Assembly: GCF_004010195.1 (NCBI RefSeq)
Contig: NC_057720.1
Coordinates: 4,909,776-4,973,775, forward strand
Reading direction: 5' to 3'
DNA from: Chiloscyllium plagiosum
Lineage: Eukaryota
DNA length: 64,000 nucleotides
A program made the translations under genes and the position numbers. How positions within the stretch are numbered: position 1 is the first letter of the stretch; each line of letters begins with the position of its first letter. A model generated the notes under the pieces. It saw nothing but the letters and a program-made list of their open reading frames with translations, searched no databases and had not been told where the DNA came from. Below are positions 49,461-63,000 of this stretch, piece after piece.

Positions 49461-50739
49461 GGAACTGTGTGTTCAAGAATGAGTGAGCCAGCTGTAGGTG
49501 TTATCAGTGCCAGCCAACACTGCCTACCATTTCAAACAAAACCGATCATTTGGCCAGTTCAGCAGTTTTCTCTATGGTTTTGCCTTTGATGGGAAGTGGC
49601 TAGACCAGCACTCGGCCACCGACGTTCCAGATTCTTCACCACATTGAAGCTGGGAAGGAGTTATCGCCTGAACCAGCTGCTCTTCACCACCCCAGACCCA
49701 AGATGTCTTACAATCTCTGACCTCCCTCCACTCCACTCCCCCAGCCCACTGCTCGGAGGGACCCTCACTTCTTCTTTGAACAGAAGCCCCATCTAAACCA
49801 CTCACCACCATGCGCTGTCACACGTAGGAACAGAGGTAGGCTATTCAGCCCGTCAAATCTGTTCTGACATTCAATCAGATCATGGCTGGTCTGATCATCC
49901 TCGACTCCAGTTTTCAGTCCTTGCCACATGACCCTTACTGATTAAATATATACATGGCTGAGATCGATTTTTAATGACCCAGCCCCAACGGCCCTCTATG
50001 GTGAAGAACTCCACAGACTCACTACCTCAGAGAAGACAGTTCTCCTTTTTTGTCTTAAATATGTAATCCCTTCTGCTGAGCTATGATCTCTGGCCCTGAA
50101 CTCTTCCACAAGGAGGAAACAACCTTTGCACATCCACCCTGTCAAGCTCTCTAAGAATCTTGCACGTTTTAATAAAGTCTCCTCTCATTCTTCTTCATTT
50201 CAACGAGTCCAGGCCCAATCTACTCAACTTTTCCTCATAAGCCAGCCCCTCCATACCTGGGATCAGCCGTGTGAACCTTCTCTGGACTGCCTCTGGTGCA
50301 GCACGGTGGCACAGTGGTTAGCACTGCTGCCTCACAGCGCCAGAGACCCGGGTTCAATTCCCACCTCAGGCAACTGACTGTGTGGAGTTTGCACGTTCTC
50401 CCAGTGTCTGCGTGGGTTTCCTCAGTGTGCTCCGGTTTCCTCCCACAGTCCAAAGATGTGCAGGTTAGATGAATTGGCCATGCTAAATTGCTCGTAGTGT
50501 TGGTGTAGGGGAATAGGTCTGGGTGGGTGGGTGGCGGGTCGGTGTGGACTTGTTGGGCTGATGGGCCTGTTTCCACATTGTAAGTAATCTAATCTTTCCT
50601 TAGGTAAGGGCCCTAAAACTCTTCACCGTATTCCAGCTGTGGTTTGACTCGCGCTTTGTGTAATTGTAGTAAAACTTCCACTCAGCTGAGTTTGTTGTCT
50701 CATTGAATAATTTCTCCTTTAAAATGGTCTCACTTCCTC

Positions 50740-51760
50740 CAAGTAAAAGGCGTTGCCATGGTAGCTGCACATGAGACGGTTTTGCCTGTTATTGTGCGCG
50801 GTTTATGGAGCAATCCTTGGCCTAGTCACATTTGGATTTCGTTCCACAACCCTATTTCCTGTCCAGCGATGACTGTGCTCTATGCCATTGCCTGCTCTTG
50901 ACATTCCTCAGTGTTGCTGCCAGTTTCCATCCTTCTCTCAGCTTTGCCCAGTCCATCTCTGACTCTTCCATTCCTTGGTTTCTGTCTCCATTTCCGGGGA
51001 AGCTTTTATTTTCACTAACATTCACTAACTAACCCACTGTCTCCCACAGCTGCCTCAATTATACTTTCCCACACCAGGTTTCCTGTCAGAACTCCACCTA
51101 TTCTCCCAGTTTCTCCATCTCTGTCCAGATCGGTGTCAAAAACATTGCCTTCCACAAGGGCACTCACAGTACGCTTTCATTTTCCTTCAGATGAGGAGTG
51201 GGCAGCTCCCATGCAATAGACAGGACTCAACTGTGTCGAACCCATTTCCCTCCCAGAACTTTGACAGGGACCCCCCTTGCACTTTCTTCACCGATCTCCA
51301 CATTCAAGGGAGGCCATTCCTGCCACCTCCAGCAGGATGTCACCATCAAACACATCGTCCTCTCCCCCTGTCAGCATTCCAAAGAGCAGTCACAGAGGGA
51401 CATTGCCTATCACCCTCATCGCTACCCCACTGTCCAGTGGACAGGAAGGGGTCAGACCTGCCTTCTCATTGTCCAGGTGATGCAGCAACTTTACTTGTTT
51501 GCCTTTCAGCCAGGTCTGCAGTATTCACCGCTTACAACATTCCACACTGACAAGACCACAAGGAACGCAGGTGAGCACTGTGCAGGACACCTCTGTTGAA
51601 GCAGGACTCTGACCTGCTGTTTTAATACCCTCACCTGGCCCGGTCTGCACTCACACCCATACCCCTGTCTGTGGATTGCTGCAGATTTCCAGTCCAGCCC
51701 ACCACAAGTCGCAGAAACAACCCCTCGTTTCTCATTCAGGCAGTTTGAAAGCCTCTAAAC
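50740..51760 (+). mobile_element. Old, heavily decayed Penelope-like RT/endonuclease remnant
   Basis: KGVAM-like (aaaggcgttgccatgg) and xxDDC-like (agcgatgactgt) remnants appear in the order seen in the younger copies; many frameshifts. Confidence 0.5.
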
Positions 51761-54700
51761 TAGTTGTGTGTCCACTGCATTACCTCTCCTTCCCCACCTC
51801 CAAACAAGTAACTCCATTTCATGGTTTTCAGAAGAGCTGACCTTTCTTCTGCCATTAACATCCTAGTGTGGATCTGAATCATAGAATCCCTACAGTGTGG
51901 AGACAGGCCCTTCGTTACAACAAGTCCATACCGACCCTCTGAAGAGTAACTCACCCAGACCCATTCCCCTACCCTATTACTCAACACTTCCCCTGACTAA
52001 TGCCCCTAACCTACACACCCCTGGACACTATGGGCAATTTAGCATGGCCAATTCACCCAACCTGCACATCTTTGGACTGTGGGAGGAAACTGGACCACCC
52101 GGAGGAGACCCAGGCAGACACGAGGAGAATGTGCAAACTCCACACAGACACCTGAAGCTGCAATCGATCCCAGGTCCATAAGACAGCAGTGTTAACCACT
52201 GAGCCACCATGCTGCCCATCGGTTTCCCTTCTTTACAACCACTGGCATTGCCTATTTCTCTGTAAATGTTTACAATCTCTCAGCTCCCTCACCCTCTCCC
52301 CTCTTGTCCTGTCCCACTTGCCCTTCCCCACTCGTTGCTTCTGAGGAACATGTAACAGATTCCAAATGTTATCGCCATTTCTTCCTCTACAGATTCTGCT
52401 CGACCTGCTTAGTATGCCCAACACTTCCTACTTTTATTTATTGCCCATCCCTAATTACCCATAAACACAGTGGCTTGCTCAGAGGGCTGTTCAGTGTCAG
52501 CCATATTGCTGTGGGGCTGGATTCAGGTGTAGGCCCGACTGTGTAAAGATAGCAGATTTCTCCCCCTAAAGGAGATCACTGGACCAGAAGGGGGTTTACA
52601 ACAATTGATGAACGTCCCTGTCGTGGTGACTTTTGACTTACTGTCATGTTCCATTTAATTGTCATTAAATTGAATCAAAGTTTCAACAGCTGCTCAGTTG
52701 GGATGTCAACATTTATTCCCAGAGCATTTCACAGTCATAGAGATATACAGCACGGAAACAGTCCCTTCGGTCCAACTTGTCCATGCCACCCAAATATCCT
52801 AAGTTAATCTAGTCCCATTTACCAGCACTTGGCCCATCTCTCTCTAAACCCTTCCTATTCATGTACCCATCCAGATGCCTCTTAAATGCTGTAATTGTAC
52901 CAGCCTCCACAACTTCCTCTGGCAGCTCATTCCATACACACACCACCCTTGCCTGTAAACGATGCCCCTTAGATCCCTTTTAAATATTTTCCCTGCTCAC
53001 CTTAAACGTATGCCCTCTGGTTTTGGACTCCCCTACCCTGGGTAAAAAGACCATGTCTGTTTACCCTATCTGTGCCCCTCATGATTTTGTAAACCTCTAT
53101 AAGGTCAGCCCTCAGCCTCCAGGGAAAGCAGCCTGAACATTAGCCTGGGCTTTCGGATTACAAGCCCAGTAATATTACCCCAAACACCGTGTCCGCTCAC
53201 ATTTGATGCACCTTACAAGCCCTCTTCCTACCTGCTTCGTTTCACTTGATCAATCTACCCTTTTAATTCCTTCCTCCTCTAACTTGACATCTCCTCAAGT
53301 GCATCTTTAGAAAGAAGGGAAAAAGTCTGGATGGAAAAGGAGGAGGAGATGAGAAAGTGGAGAGCAGCAAGAACTGATGCAGAGTAATCCGTCTGAAACA
53401 TGGTGTTAGCTACAGTCCTGAAATCAGCCACCTGCTGGCTTTGTTTCTGCTCTGAGTGCTCCCTCTCTACCTCCATCCTCTGTCAGATCCCCTTCCCAAT
53501 TCACTCGGTATTGTTTGGACACTTGCTCTGTACACCGGCTGTCCCCTTCACCCCCCTCCGAGGTTTGTTTTGGTAGACCATATTTTTTCAGTCTTTGCTT
53601 CAAGGGATTGATAGATCATACACTGGGCGCCATCTACTGTACAAACAGAGAGCACACAAGGAGATGGCTTTTGTCTTCTGAAGCTAAAAGATAGGCTTCA
53701 ATTCACACAAAAGTGCAATCCCAAACAAAGTAATCTATTAACCGTTACCTTGCTGCAGACCCATCTGTACACTATAGGACCATTTGTAGCTGTAAGAGTT
53801 AATAAATACAGCAGGTAAGCTTATTTTTAATAAATGAAGCAGACTGGTCTAATGGATTAGTCACGAGTGTTCACTGTCACGTTGTCAAAGCAACACAAAA
53901 CTAAACCCTTGTAATGGCAAATCATGATCAAAGAACAGTACAGCACAGGAACAGGCCCTTCGGCCCATCAACCTGCACTACCACATGAAACCTTCATAAA
54001 TCAAAAGTCTTTTGTCTCTACATGGTCCATATCCCTCTATTTGCTGCCTATTCATATATCTGTCAAGGTGCCTCTTACATATTGGTATTGTATCCACCTC
54101 TACTACCTCCTCTACTACCTCCTCCAGGTACTTACCACCCTCTGCGTAAAAAAAAAATTGCCTCTCATATCTCCTTTAAACATTCCTCCTTTTACCCTAA
54201 AGTTGGGCTCCCCCAGTCATTGACATTTCTACCCTGTGACGAAGGCTTCAACTATCCATTCTAGCCAAGCCTCTCAATTTTGTAAACTTCTATCTGGTCA
54301 CCCTTCATCCTCTGGTGTTCAAGTGAAAACAAGTCAAGTTTGTCCAATCTCTCCTCATAGCTAATACCGTCCAAACCAGATACCATTCCAGCAAACGGTT
54401 TCTGTACCCTCTCCAAAGCCTCCGCATTCTTCTGGTAGGGACAAGAAAGGAGGTTTAAATAGTGCCCCAAAGGATGAGAGAGGGAGAGAGACAGACAGAG
54501 AGGGAGCGAGACAGACAGAGAGGGAGAGAGACAGAGAGAGAGAGAGAGGGAGAGAGAGGGAGAGAGGTGGAAAGACTGAAAGAGATGGAAAGTTTTATGG
54601 ACGGATTTTAAAAAATTCTTTCATGGCCATTGGTTAGGCCACAGATGGAATACTGTGTGGAACATTAACCACCACACTATCAGAGAGATGTGAGTGCACA

Positions 54701-56238
54701 GGAGAGGATGCAGAGGAGATTCACCAGGATGTTACCTGGGACAAACAGTCTCAGTCATGAGGAGAGACTGGATAGGTTGGGTTGGTTTTCCCTGGAGCAG
54801 AGGAAACTGGGGAGCGGCAGGGGGAGTCTGATTGATGTCTACATGATTCTGAGAAGCATCTCCTGTGGCAGATGTTCCTAAGAATGGAGGGAATGAGTTT
54901 AAAGTGAAGAGTAAGTAGTTCAGAGCAGATCTGAGGAATTTTGTTCTGACCCAGAGGGTGGTAGAAAGATGGAGGATTCAGTATGAGAGAGTGGGGGAGA
55001 CAGGTACTCTCACAACACTGAAGCAGCAGCTTCATGGGAGTAGTGTACTTTGATGTTTATTGGTCAGCACAGACATGGTGGGCTGAAGGGCATGTTTGTA
55101 TGCTTTGAGACTCTATGATTTATATCTGAAGCTATGAGGAAACAAGTTTGCATCATTGATTAGACAACCATTTATTACCCGTCCCTACTCGCTCCTGGAG
55201 AAGGTGGGGATGAACTGCCTTCTTGAAACGCTGCAGTCTGTGTCCTCAGGGAGGGAATTCCAAGATTTTGACCCAACGATAGTGAAGGAACCATCTGCCT
55301 TTATTCCTGATGAAGGGCTTCTGCCCGAAATGTCGATTTCGCTGCTCCTCGGATGCTGCCTGAACTGCTGTGCTCTTCCAGCACCACTCATCCAGAATAG
55401 ATTTCCCAGTCAGGGTGGGGTGTGACTTGGAGGGGAACGTTCAGGGTGGTGGTGTTCCCATGTACCTGCTGCTCTTGTCCTTCTAGATGGAAGTGGTTGT
55501 GGGTTTGGAAGGTGCTGTCTGAGGTGCCTTGGTGAATTGCTGCAGTGCAGCTTGTAGTTGTACACACTGCTGCAACATAGGGTCGGTGGTGGAGGGAGTG
55601 GCTGTAGATGCAGTGTCAATCAAACAGGGCCTGCTTTGTCCAGGATAGTGTCGAGCTTCTTGAGTTTTGTTGGGGCTGCCCCCATCCAGACAAGTGGAGA
55701 GTATTCCCTCACACTCCTGACTTGTGCCTTGTAGATGGTGGACAGGCCTTGGGGAGTCAGGAAGTGAGTTACTGGCTACAGGATTCCTAAACACTGTATT
55801 CCTAATGGTGAGCCCAGTTGAATTTCTGGTCAATGGTAACTCACAGCACATTGATAGTGGGGGGCTCAGTGATGACAACACCATTGAATAGTGCGGATGC
55901 AGAACCTTCGGTCTAACCAGTCCATGCTGACCATAATCCCAAAATAAACCAGTCCCACCTGCCTGCGCTTTGTCCATATTCATCCGAACATTTCTTATTC
56001 ATGTACTTATCCAAATGTCTTTTAAACACTATAACTGTACCCATATCCACCACTTCCTCTGGAAATTCATTCCACACACAAACCACCCTCTGTGTGAAAA
56101 AGTTGCTCCTCATGTTCTTTTTAAATCTTTCTCCTCTCACCTCAAAAATATGCTCCCTAAGCTTGAAATCCCCCAACCTTGGGTAAAGACATCTGCCATT
56201 CACCTTATCACACCCCTCGTGATTTTATAAACCTTTAG

Positions 56239-56552
56239 TGGGCAGCATGGTGGCACAGTGGTCAGCACTGCTGCCTCACAGCGCCAGAGACCCAGGTTCA
56301 ATTCCCGCCTCAGGCGACTGACTGTGTGGAGTTTGCACGCTCTCCCAGTGTCTGTGTGGGTTTCCTCCGGGTGCTCCGGTTTCCTCCCACAGTCCAAAGA
56401 TGTGCAGGTCAGGTGAATTAGCCATGCTAAATTGCCTGTAGTGTTAAGTAAGGGGTAAATGTAGGGGTATGGGTGGGTTGCGCTTCGGCGGGTCAGTGTG
56501 GACTTGTTGGGCCGAAGGGTCTGTTTCCACACTGTAATGTAATGGAATCTAA
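56239..56552 (+). mobile_element. V-SINE (HE1-like) nested in a CR1; further + copies at about 29035-29280, 34557-34848, 39913-40245, 50296-50595 and 60847-61160
   Basis: Same consensus as 5180-5490; interrupts the LINE sequence ttataaacct...tataaggtcacccc. Confidence 0.85.
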
Positions 56553-57455
56553 TCTTTATAAGGTCACCCCTCAACCTCCAACACTCCAATGAAATAAGTC
56601 CCAGCCTATCCCTAGAAATTAAACCTTCCATATCCAGCATTATCCTGGTAAATCTTTTCTGAAACCTCTCCAGGTTGATAATATCGTTCCTAAAACAGGG
56701 GAGACCAGAACTGGACACATTACACCAGAAGAGGTCTCAGTACTGTCCCATAGTACCTTAACATGACGTCCCAACCCCTATATTCAATGGTCTGAGCAGT
56801 GAAGGCAAGCATGCTAAACAGTTTCTTAAATACCCTGTCTACCTGTGACACAAAATTCAGAGAATGGTGTACTTGAACCCCTTGGTCTCTGTTCTACAAC
56901 ACTCCCCGCTACTTTTAATTGTATAAATCCTGCCCCATTGTTTGGTTACCAAATTGCAATACCTTGCATTTAACTAAATTACCATATATACTCATGTAAA
57001 AGCCAAATGTTTTAGACTATCTTTTAAAGGTTAAATTTATGGGGTCCACTATTACACGGATACTACTCTTGAGGGGCTGAAATACAGTCCGAAACACCAT
57101 TTCATTATCAGAAACCCAACTGATCTCCAGACAGATAAAGAAAAATACAACAAATTATAATAAGCTGAACTGCACACAAAGGGAGGTTGTCATCTGACTC
57201 TGACCTGCTGCATCAGAAACTTTTATACCGAGTTGGTGTGAATTGTAAATCAAAACACATGATAGCCCGAAACATTGCAACACTTACATCCAGGATAATA
57301 CCAATCGCTCACAAAATCATCATCTGTTATTTGTGAACAACTCAGGTTGACTGTTATATGAGATACACAGAAAATTCCAGATTTTTTGCCCAAAATTGGG
57401 GATCAAATTTTACATGAGATCGACTGTTACTTGAGCATAGACCATAAACTCCATC

Positions 57456-57673
57456 AAGGCAAAAACTGAGGGCTGCAGATGCTGGAAACCAGAGTCTAGA
57501 TTAGAGTGGTGCTGGAAAAGCACAGCAGGTCAGGCAGCATCTGAGGAGCAGGAAAATCGATGTTTCGGGCAAAAGCCTTTCGTGATGAAGGGCTTTTGCC
57601 CGAAACGTCGATTTTCCTGCTCCTCGGATGCTGCCTGACCTGCTGTGCTTTTCCAGCACCACTCTAATCTAAA
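57456..57673. mobile_element. Fold-back PLE mini-element in the samd13 last intron
   Basis: Near-perfect inverted arms; 13-bp TSD cataaactccatc at 57443-57455 and 57674-57686. Confidence 0.85.
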
Positions 57674-57899
57674 CATAAACTCCATCTGCCATTCTTCAGC
57701 CCACTGCAGATGGTCACTGTCTGGCATTTATGTGGCATTCATGTTATTTGTCACTTGTCAGTGCAGATTTGGATACTGTCCGGATCTTGCTGCATTTGGA
57801 CATGGCCTGCTGGACATCTGATGGGCTATCAAATGCTTTGAAACCCTCAGCAGAACTGGAGCTGAGAATTCTGTAAAGGTTCCAACAAACCAAACTTAC

Positions 57900-58011
57900 C
57901 TGTTCCTGGAAGGCGACAGCCTGGTCTTCAAAGCCAGCTTTCTTGAAATAATTGAAAACGTCTAAAATTGTCCATTCCGCAGGATCAAGCAGCTTCCCAT
58001 TTTCTGTCGGG
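57900..58011 (-). CDS. samd13: SAMD13 penultimate coding exon ([37 protein letters not shown])
   Basis: Minus-strand acceptor cctccacag|C, donor CAG|gtaagt; 112 nt, phase 2/0. Joins in frame to the exon starting at 48491. N-terminal half of the SAM domain (DPxxWxxxDVxxYF). Confidence 0.93.
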
Positions 58012-58085
58012 CTGTGGAGGTATAAAGATCAGATTAAATAATGAACAAGGAACTGCAGTCAGGCCTTTGGGGATTAGAAACCCAA

Positions 58086-59020
58086 GGGTGTAGTGCTGGA
58101 AAAGCACAGCAAGTCAGGCAGCAGCCAAGGAGCAGGAGAATCGACGTTTTGGGCAAAAGCCCTTCATCAGGAATGAGGCTGTGCCAAGTTGGAGTGTTGG
58201 GATTGGGATAATGTGGGGGGGTGGGGGGGGAAGAGGGGAAATGAGGAAGCTGTTGAAATCCATATTGATCCCGTGTGGTTGCAGGGTCCCAAGGCAGACT
58301 ATGAGGTGTTCCTCCTCAAGGCGTCAGGTGGTAACGGTTGGGCGTTGGAGGCGGCCCAGGACCTGCCTGTCCTTGACGGAGTGGGAGGGGGAGTTAAGAG
58401 TTCAACCACGGGGCAGTGGGGTTGGTGGGTGCGGGTGTCCCAGAGATGTTCTCTGAAAATGATCCGCAAGAAGGCATCCTGTCTCTCCGATGTAGAGGGG
58501 ACCACAACGCGTGCAACAGATGTAGCAGATGACATTGGTAGAGGTATAGGTAGATTTCTGATGGATGTGGAAGGAGCCCTTGGGGCCTTGGATGGAGGTG
58601 AGGGGAGTGGTGTGGGTGCAGGTTTAGCCCTTCCTGCTGTGGCAGGAAGGGCTAAACCTGGGACTTTGAGGTGGAACTGGTTCCTCATTTCCCCTCCCCC
58701 ATATATCCCAGTCCCAAGCTTCCAACTCAGCACCACCCTCTGGATCTGTCCATCATTGCCCCCTACCACCACCACCCCCGACCTATCACCTTCTTCCTCA
58801 TCTTCATCCACCTATCGCTTTCCCAACTACCTTCCCCCCAATCCCACCCCCCTCCCATTTATCTCTCAGCCTCCTTGGCCCTCAAGCCTCATTCCTGAAG
58901 AAGGGCTTATGCCCGAAATGCCGATTCTCCTGCTCCTCAGATGCTGCCTGACCTGCTGTGCTTTTCCAGCACCACTCTCTTGGCTCGGAGATCCAGCATC
59001 TGCAGTCCTCACTTGCTCCC
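58086..59020. mobile_element. Fold-back PLE fragment with a GIY-YIG-region remnant, about 75 nt from the samd13 acceptor
   Basis: 14-bp TSD gattagaaacccaa at 58072-58085 and 59021-59034; hammerhead-like cores near 58141-58170 (-) and 58895 (+). Confidence 0.85.
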
Positions 59021-59864
59021 GATTAGAAACCCAACCCTGAGATCCTGCAGCATTACACAAGATAGAGGTTTAAGGTCCAAAGTGCTATCCTGTAGCAGAG
59101 AACTTGAGAATTACCACAAAGGAAAAGGCACATTTTGTCAAAGGCCCCTTATCATTCATTATACAAAATGAGCAAGACAAAAAGCTTTGATAAAAGTTCT
59201 GCTTTTTCCAACAATAGATAGATTCAAGATAATGGTCACAAAATCAGAATGGAGGTAAGAACTGAAAATATTGTTCCTGTTGCAGTCTAGAATGTACTGC
59301 CTGAAAGGAACAGGTTCTGGAAGAATTTTCATAGGGAAGCTGCAAGTAATAGAATCTCTACAGCATGGGAGCAGACCATTTGGCCCATCAAGTCCATACT
59401 GGACCTCCTAAGAGCATTCTACTCAGACCAATCCCACAACTCTGCATTCCGCATGGCTAATCCACCTAGTCTACACACTATGGGGCAATTTCCCATGGCC
59501 AATCCATCTAATTTGCATATCTTTGGGACTGTGGGAGGAAACCAGAGCACCCGGAGGAAACCCACGCAGACACGGGGAGAAAGTGCAAACTCCACACAGT
59601 CAGTCGCCTGAGGCTGGAATTGAACCCGGGTCCCTGGCACTGTAAGGCAGCAGTGCTAACCACTGAGCCACCAAGCCACCCCAATAGTCCAAAGGTTGGG
59701 TTGCTGGCACCCAGGAACATAAATGGTAACAGCAAAAACTCTGAAATAAAAAATGGCAGAAAACCAACAAACCTTTGAAAATGGAAATAAAAATACTGAG
59801 GTGAAGAGAAAGAAATAAAGGTTACTTTATTGTTTTTTTAGATGGTATGTGCGTATTTATAAAG

Positions 59865-60033
59865 GAGAAAGTGAGGACTGCAGATGCTGGAGATCAGAGC
59901 TGAAAATGCGCAGGTCAGGCAGCATCCAAGGAGCAGGAGAATCGACGTTTCGGGCATGAGCCCTTCTTCCTGATTCTCCTGCTCCTTGGATGCTGCCTGA
60001 CCTGCTGCGCTTTTCCAGCAACACATTTTCAGC
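59865..60033. mobile_element. About 170-bp fold-back PLE mini-element
   Basis: TSD tgtgcgtatttataaag at 59848-59864 and 60034-60050. Confidence 0.85.
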
Positions 60034-63000
60034 TGTGCGTATTTATAAAGCAAGCTTATGCAATGGGATATGTCTGCACTGTCATCATTGGAAAGGGGAA
60101 ATGTTCAGGGCGATGGGGAAAGAGCAGAGAGGGGAGGTGGGGGGAGCAGCTTGGGGGCAGGAAATGGTGCTTTTTGTGTCAAATCTACATCCTGCCGCAT
60201 GAAATTCTGAGCAGCTGTCTGCTTGTGACACATTTTATGTCTCTGCCGATGCCCGCTCCTGTTCCTGACCCCTCATTGACCGTTCTGACCTCCCACTCCA
60301 AGTGACCCTGGTTTGTGCTGGGTGTGACCGCCCTCAGGACTCTATTCCTGGGAAGAGAGAGCTGTCCTCGGAGGAACACTGGGCGATTTGGATTTCTAAC
60401 AGCTGAAGTTGAGAAAAAAAACAACTTTGCTTTTAAAATGTGTAAGATCCGGCGGTGGGGGGGGCCTGACATGGTGGATGCTCAGACTCTGGGGCTCAGG
60501 GATGAGGGGACACAATCTCAGAAAAAGGGCTCTCCTTTCTCAAGCCTAAGTTTTCTTTTCCTCTCTCAGAGGGTTGAGTGTCTGTGGACTTCTCTTGTCC
60601 AGAACATTACTCAGGGAGGGCTGGATAAATTCTTGACTCACAAAGGGAGTCAAAGGTGACTGGACGGTTAGCAGGAATCCAGGCTGGGGCCACAATGAAT
60701 TGGCCATTACTTTGTTGAATGTTGAAGCAGGCTCAAGCGGCTGAATGGCCTACTCCCTATCTCCTGACTCAGGTATTAGTTAGCAGCAAGGTGTTAAGTG
60801 TGGAGGGTTCTAATTATAACAATAAATGCCCATGCAAAACAATTATGGGGCAGAACGGTGGCTCAGTGGTTAGCACTGTTGCCTCACAGCGTCAGGGACC
60901 CAGGTTCGATTCCAGCCACAGGCCACTGTCTGTGTGGAGTTTGCACATTCTCCCCATGTCTGTGTGGGTTTTCTTTCACAGTCCAAAGATGTGCAGGTCA
61001 GGGTGGATTGGTCGTGCTGAATTGCCCATAGTGTCTAGGGATATGTAGGTTAGGTGGGTTAGCCATGGGAAATGCAGCATTATGGGGTGAGCTTGGGTAG
61101 GATGCTCTTCGAAGGGTCAGTGTGGAGTGGCCTGTTTCCACACTGTAGGGATTCTATGACCTGTGACCCTGCTATCCCAAACCACAGTGCTTCCACACAA
61201 TGTGGTGCCACAAAGGTCACATGAAAAAATTCAAAACACAACAGTGAGCTGGTATAATTTGGACGGAGCTCTCCGAAACGCTGAAGGAAGCTGGTTTTAT
61301 CACAACGTCGCAAATCGAATGGGATAAATACCAGCGGGGCGAAAAGAAGCTGGGGTTGCAGGAGTGGGACTGTTCCGATTCACATGGGATAAGACTGCAG
61401 AAAGCTACAGGGCAGAGGGATTAGTGTATCCTGGTGCATGAATCACAGGTTAGCATCCAAGTTCAACAATAGGGAAAGCAAATGGGATGTTGGCCTTTAT
61501 TTCAAAGGAAATGGAATATAGAAGTTGGGAGGTTTTGCTAAAACTATACAAGGCACTAGTCAGACTGGTTTTGGGCCCCCTATCTAAGGGCAGATAAACT
61601 CTGTTGGAGAGAGTCTGAGAATGCTCACTTGATTGATCCCAGGTATGGAAGGACTGTCTCACGGAGGAGAGGTTGAGTAGATTGGGCCTTTATTCAATGG
61701 AGTTTAAGAAAATGGGAAGTGACGTTACTGAAAGAGATTCTCAGAGCAGAGTAAATGTAGAGTTTCCCCTTGTACGAGAGTCCAGGATCAGAAGGCAGAA
61801 TCTCAGAGTTAATGGTTAAATAGTTAAGACTGAAATGAGGAGGGATTTATTATCTCAGAGAGTGGTGAACTGGTGGAATTCTTTCCTGCAGAGGGCTGTT
61901 GAGGCTGGCTCAGTCAGTATATTGAAGGCTGACAGAGGGAGATTTTTAATCAATGAGCGTACCAAGGGTCATGGGGGAAAGGCAGGAAAGTGGAGTTGAG
62001 GATTATCAGATCAGCCATGATCATATTGACCAATGGGATAGACGTTTGATGGGCTGAATGGCCTACCTCTGTCTCCATATCTTATGGATAGCTCTTTCAA
62101 AGAGCTAGTACAGATACAGAGGAACCTCAATTATCTGGCAAGATCACCAGGTCACGATGCTTGGCTAAACTATGATATCCAGCATTTGATCAACCAAACG
62201 AAATACTTCCCGCCTGTGCCCTTCGGATAATCAAGGTTCCTCTGCATAACGAACCAAACGTCCTCCTTCCCCACTATATTATTCTTCAATTTTATCATAG
62301 AATGGCTAGGTGGATTCCACACTAACATTCAGCCCACTGAGTCTCGCTGACCCTCCAAACAACATCATATCACCCCCTATCCCTATAACCCACATTTCCC
62401 ATGGCTAATCCATCTAGTCTGCACATCCCTGCTCACTGTGGGCAATTTCCCACGGCTAACCCATCTGACCTGCACATCTTTGGACTATGGGAGGAAATCA
62501 GAGCACCCAGAGGAAACCCATGCAGACAGAGGGGAGTATGTAAAACCTCCACCCAGACAGTCTCCCGAAGCTGGGAGTGATTCCGGGTGCCTTGAAATCT
62601 TCCTTCTGTGCGCACTGCTGTGGGCATACATTATCTTTCCACAAGATATTTTTTGAAATAAATGCGTTAAGGTAGCTTTGGAATTCAGCTTTAGTTAAAA
62701 CATCCAGTTATTCATTTAACTAGTTTAGAGGCAAGCTAATTTGATTTCATCAGGTTCAACCAGAGAATGACATGGGATTGGTGGGTACACAGTGACAGGA
62801 CTGTATCATTTCTACCCAGAACAACTTTTTATTCAGGGGATGGTCCAGTGGCATTATCCCTGGAATGTTGATCCAGAGACCATCCAGGCATCCAGACTCT
62901 AATCCCCCCACAGGCATCCAGACTCTAATCCCCCCACAGCAAATGATGGAGTTTAAATTCGATAAACACCCAGAATTAAAAATCTAAAGATGACAATGAA

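Noticed and set aside
57582..57612. Hammerhead-like copies at 57582, 38073, about 24236-24262, 19479, about 16630-16657 and 32538 as functional ribozymes
   Set aside because: The conserved core is broken (CUGA lost or GAAA changed to AAAA), so they are counted only as decayed family members.
58189..59040. 283-aa G/P-rich ORF
   Set aside because: It reads antisense through a PLE fragment and then through its inverted terminus, with no host-protein signature.
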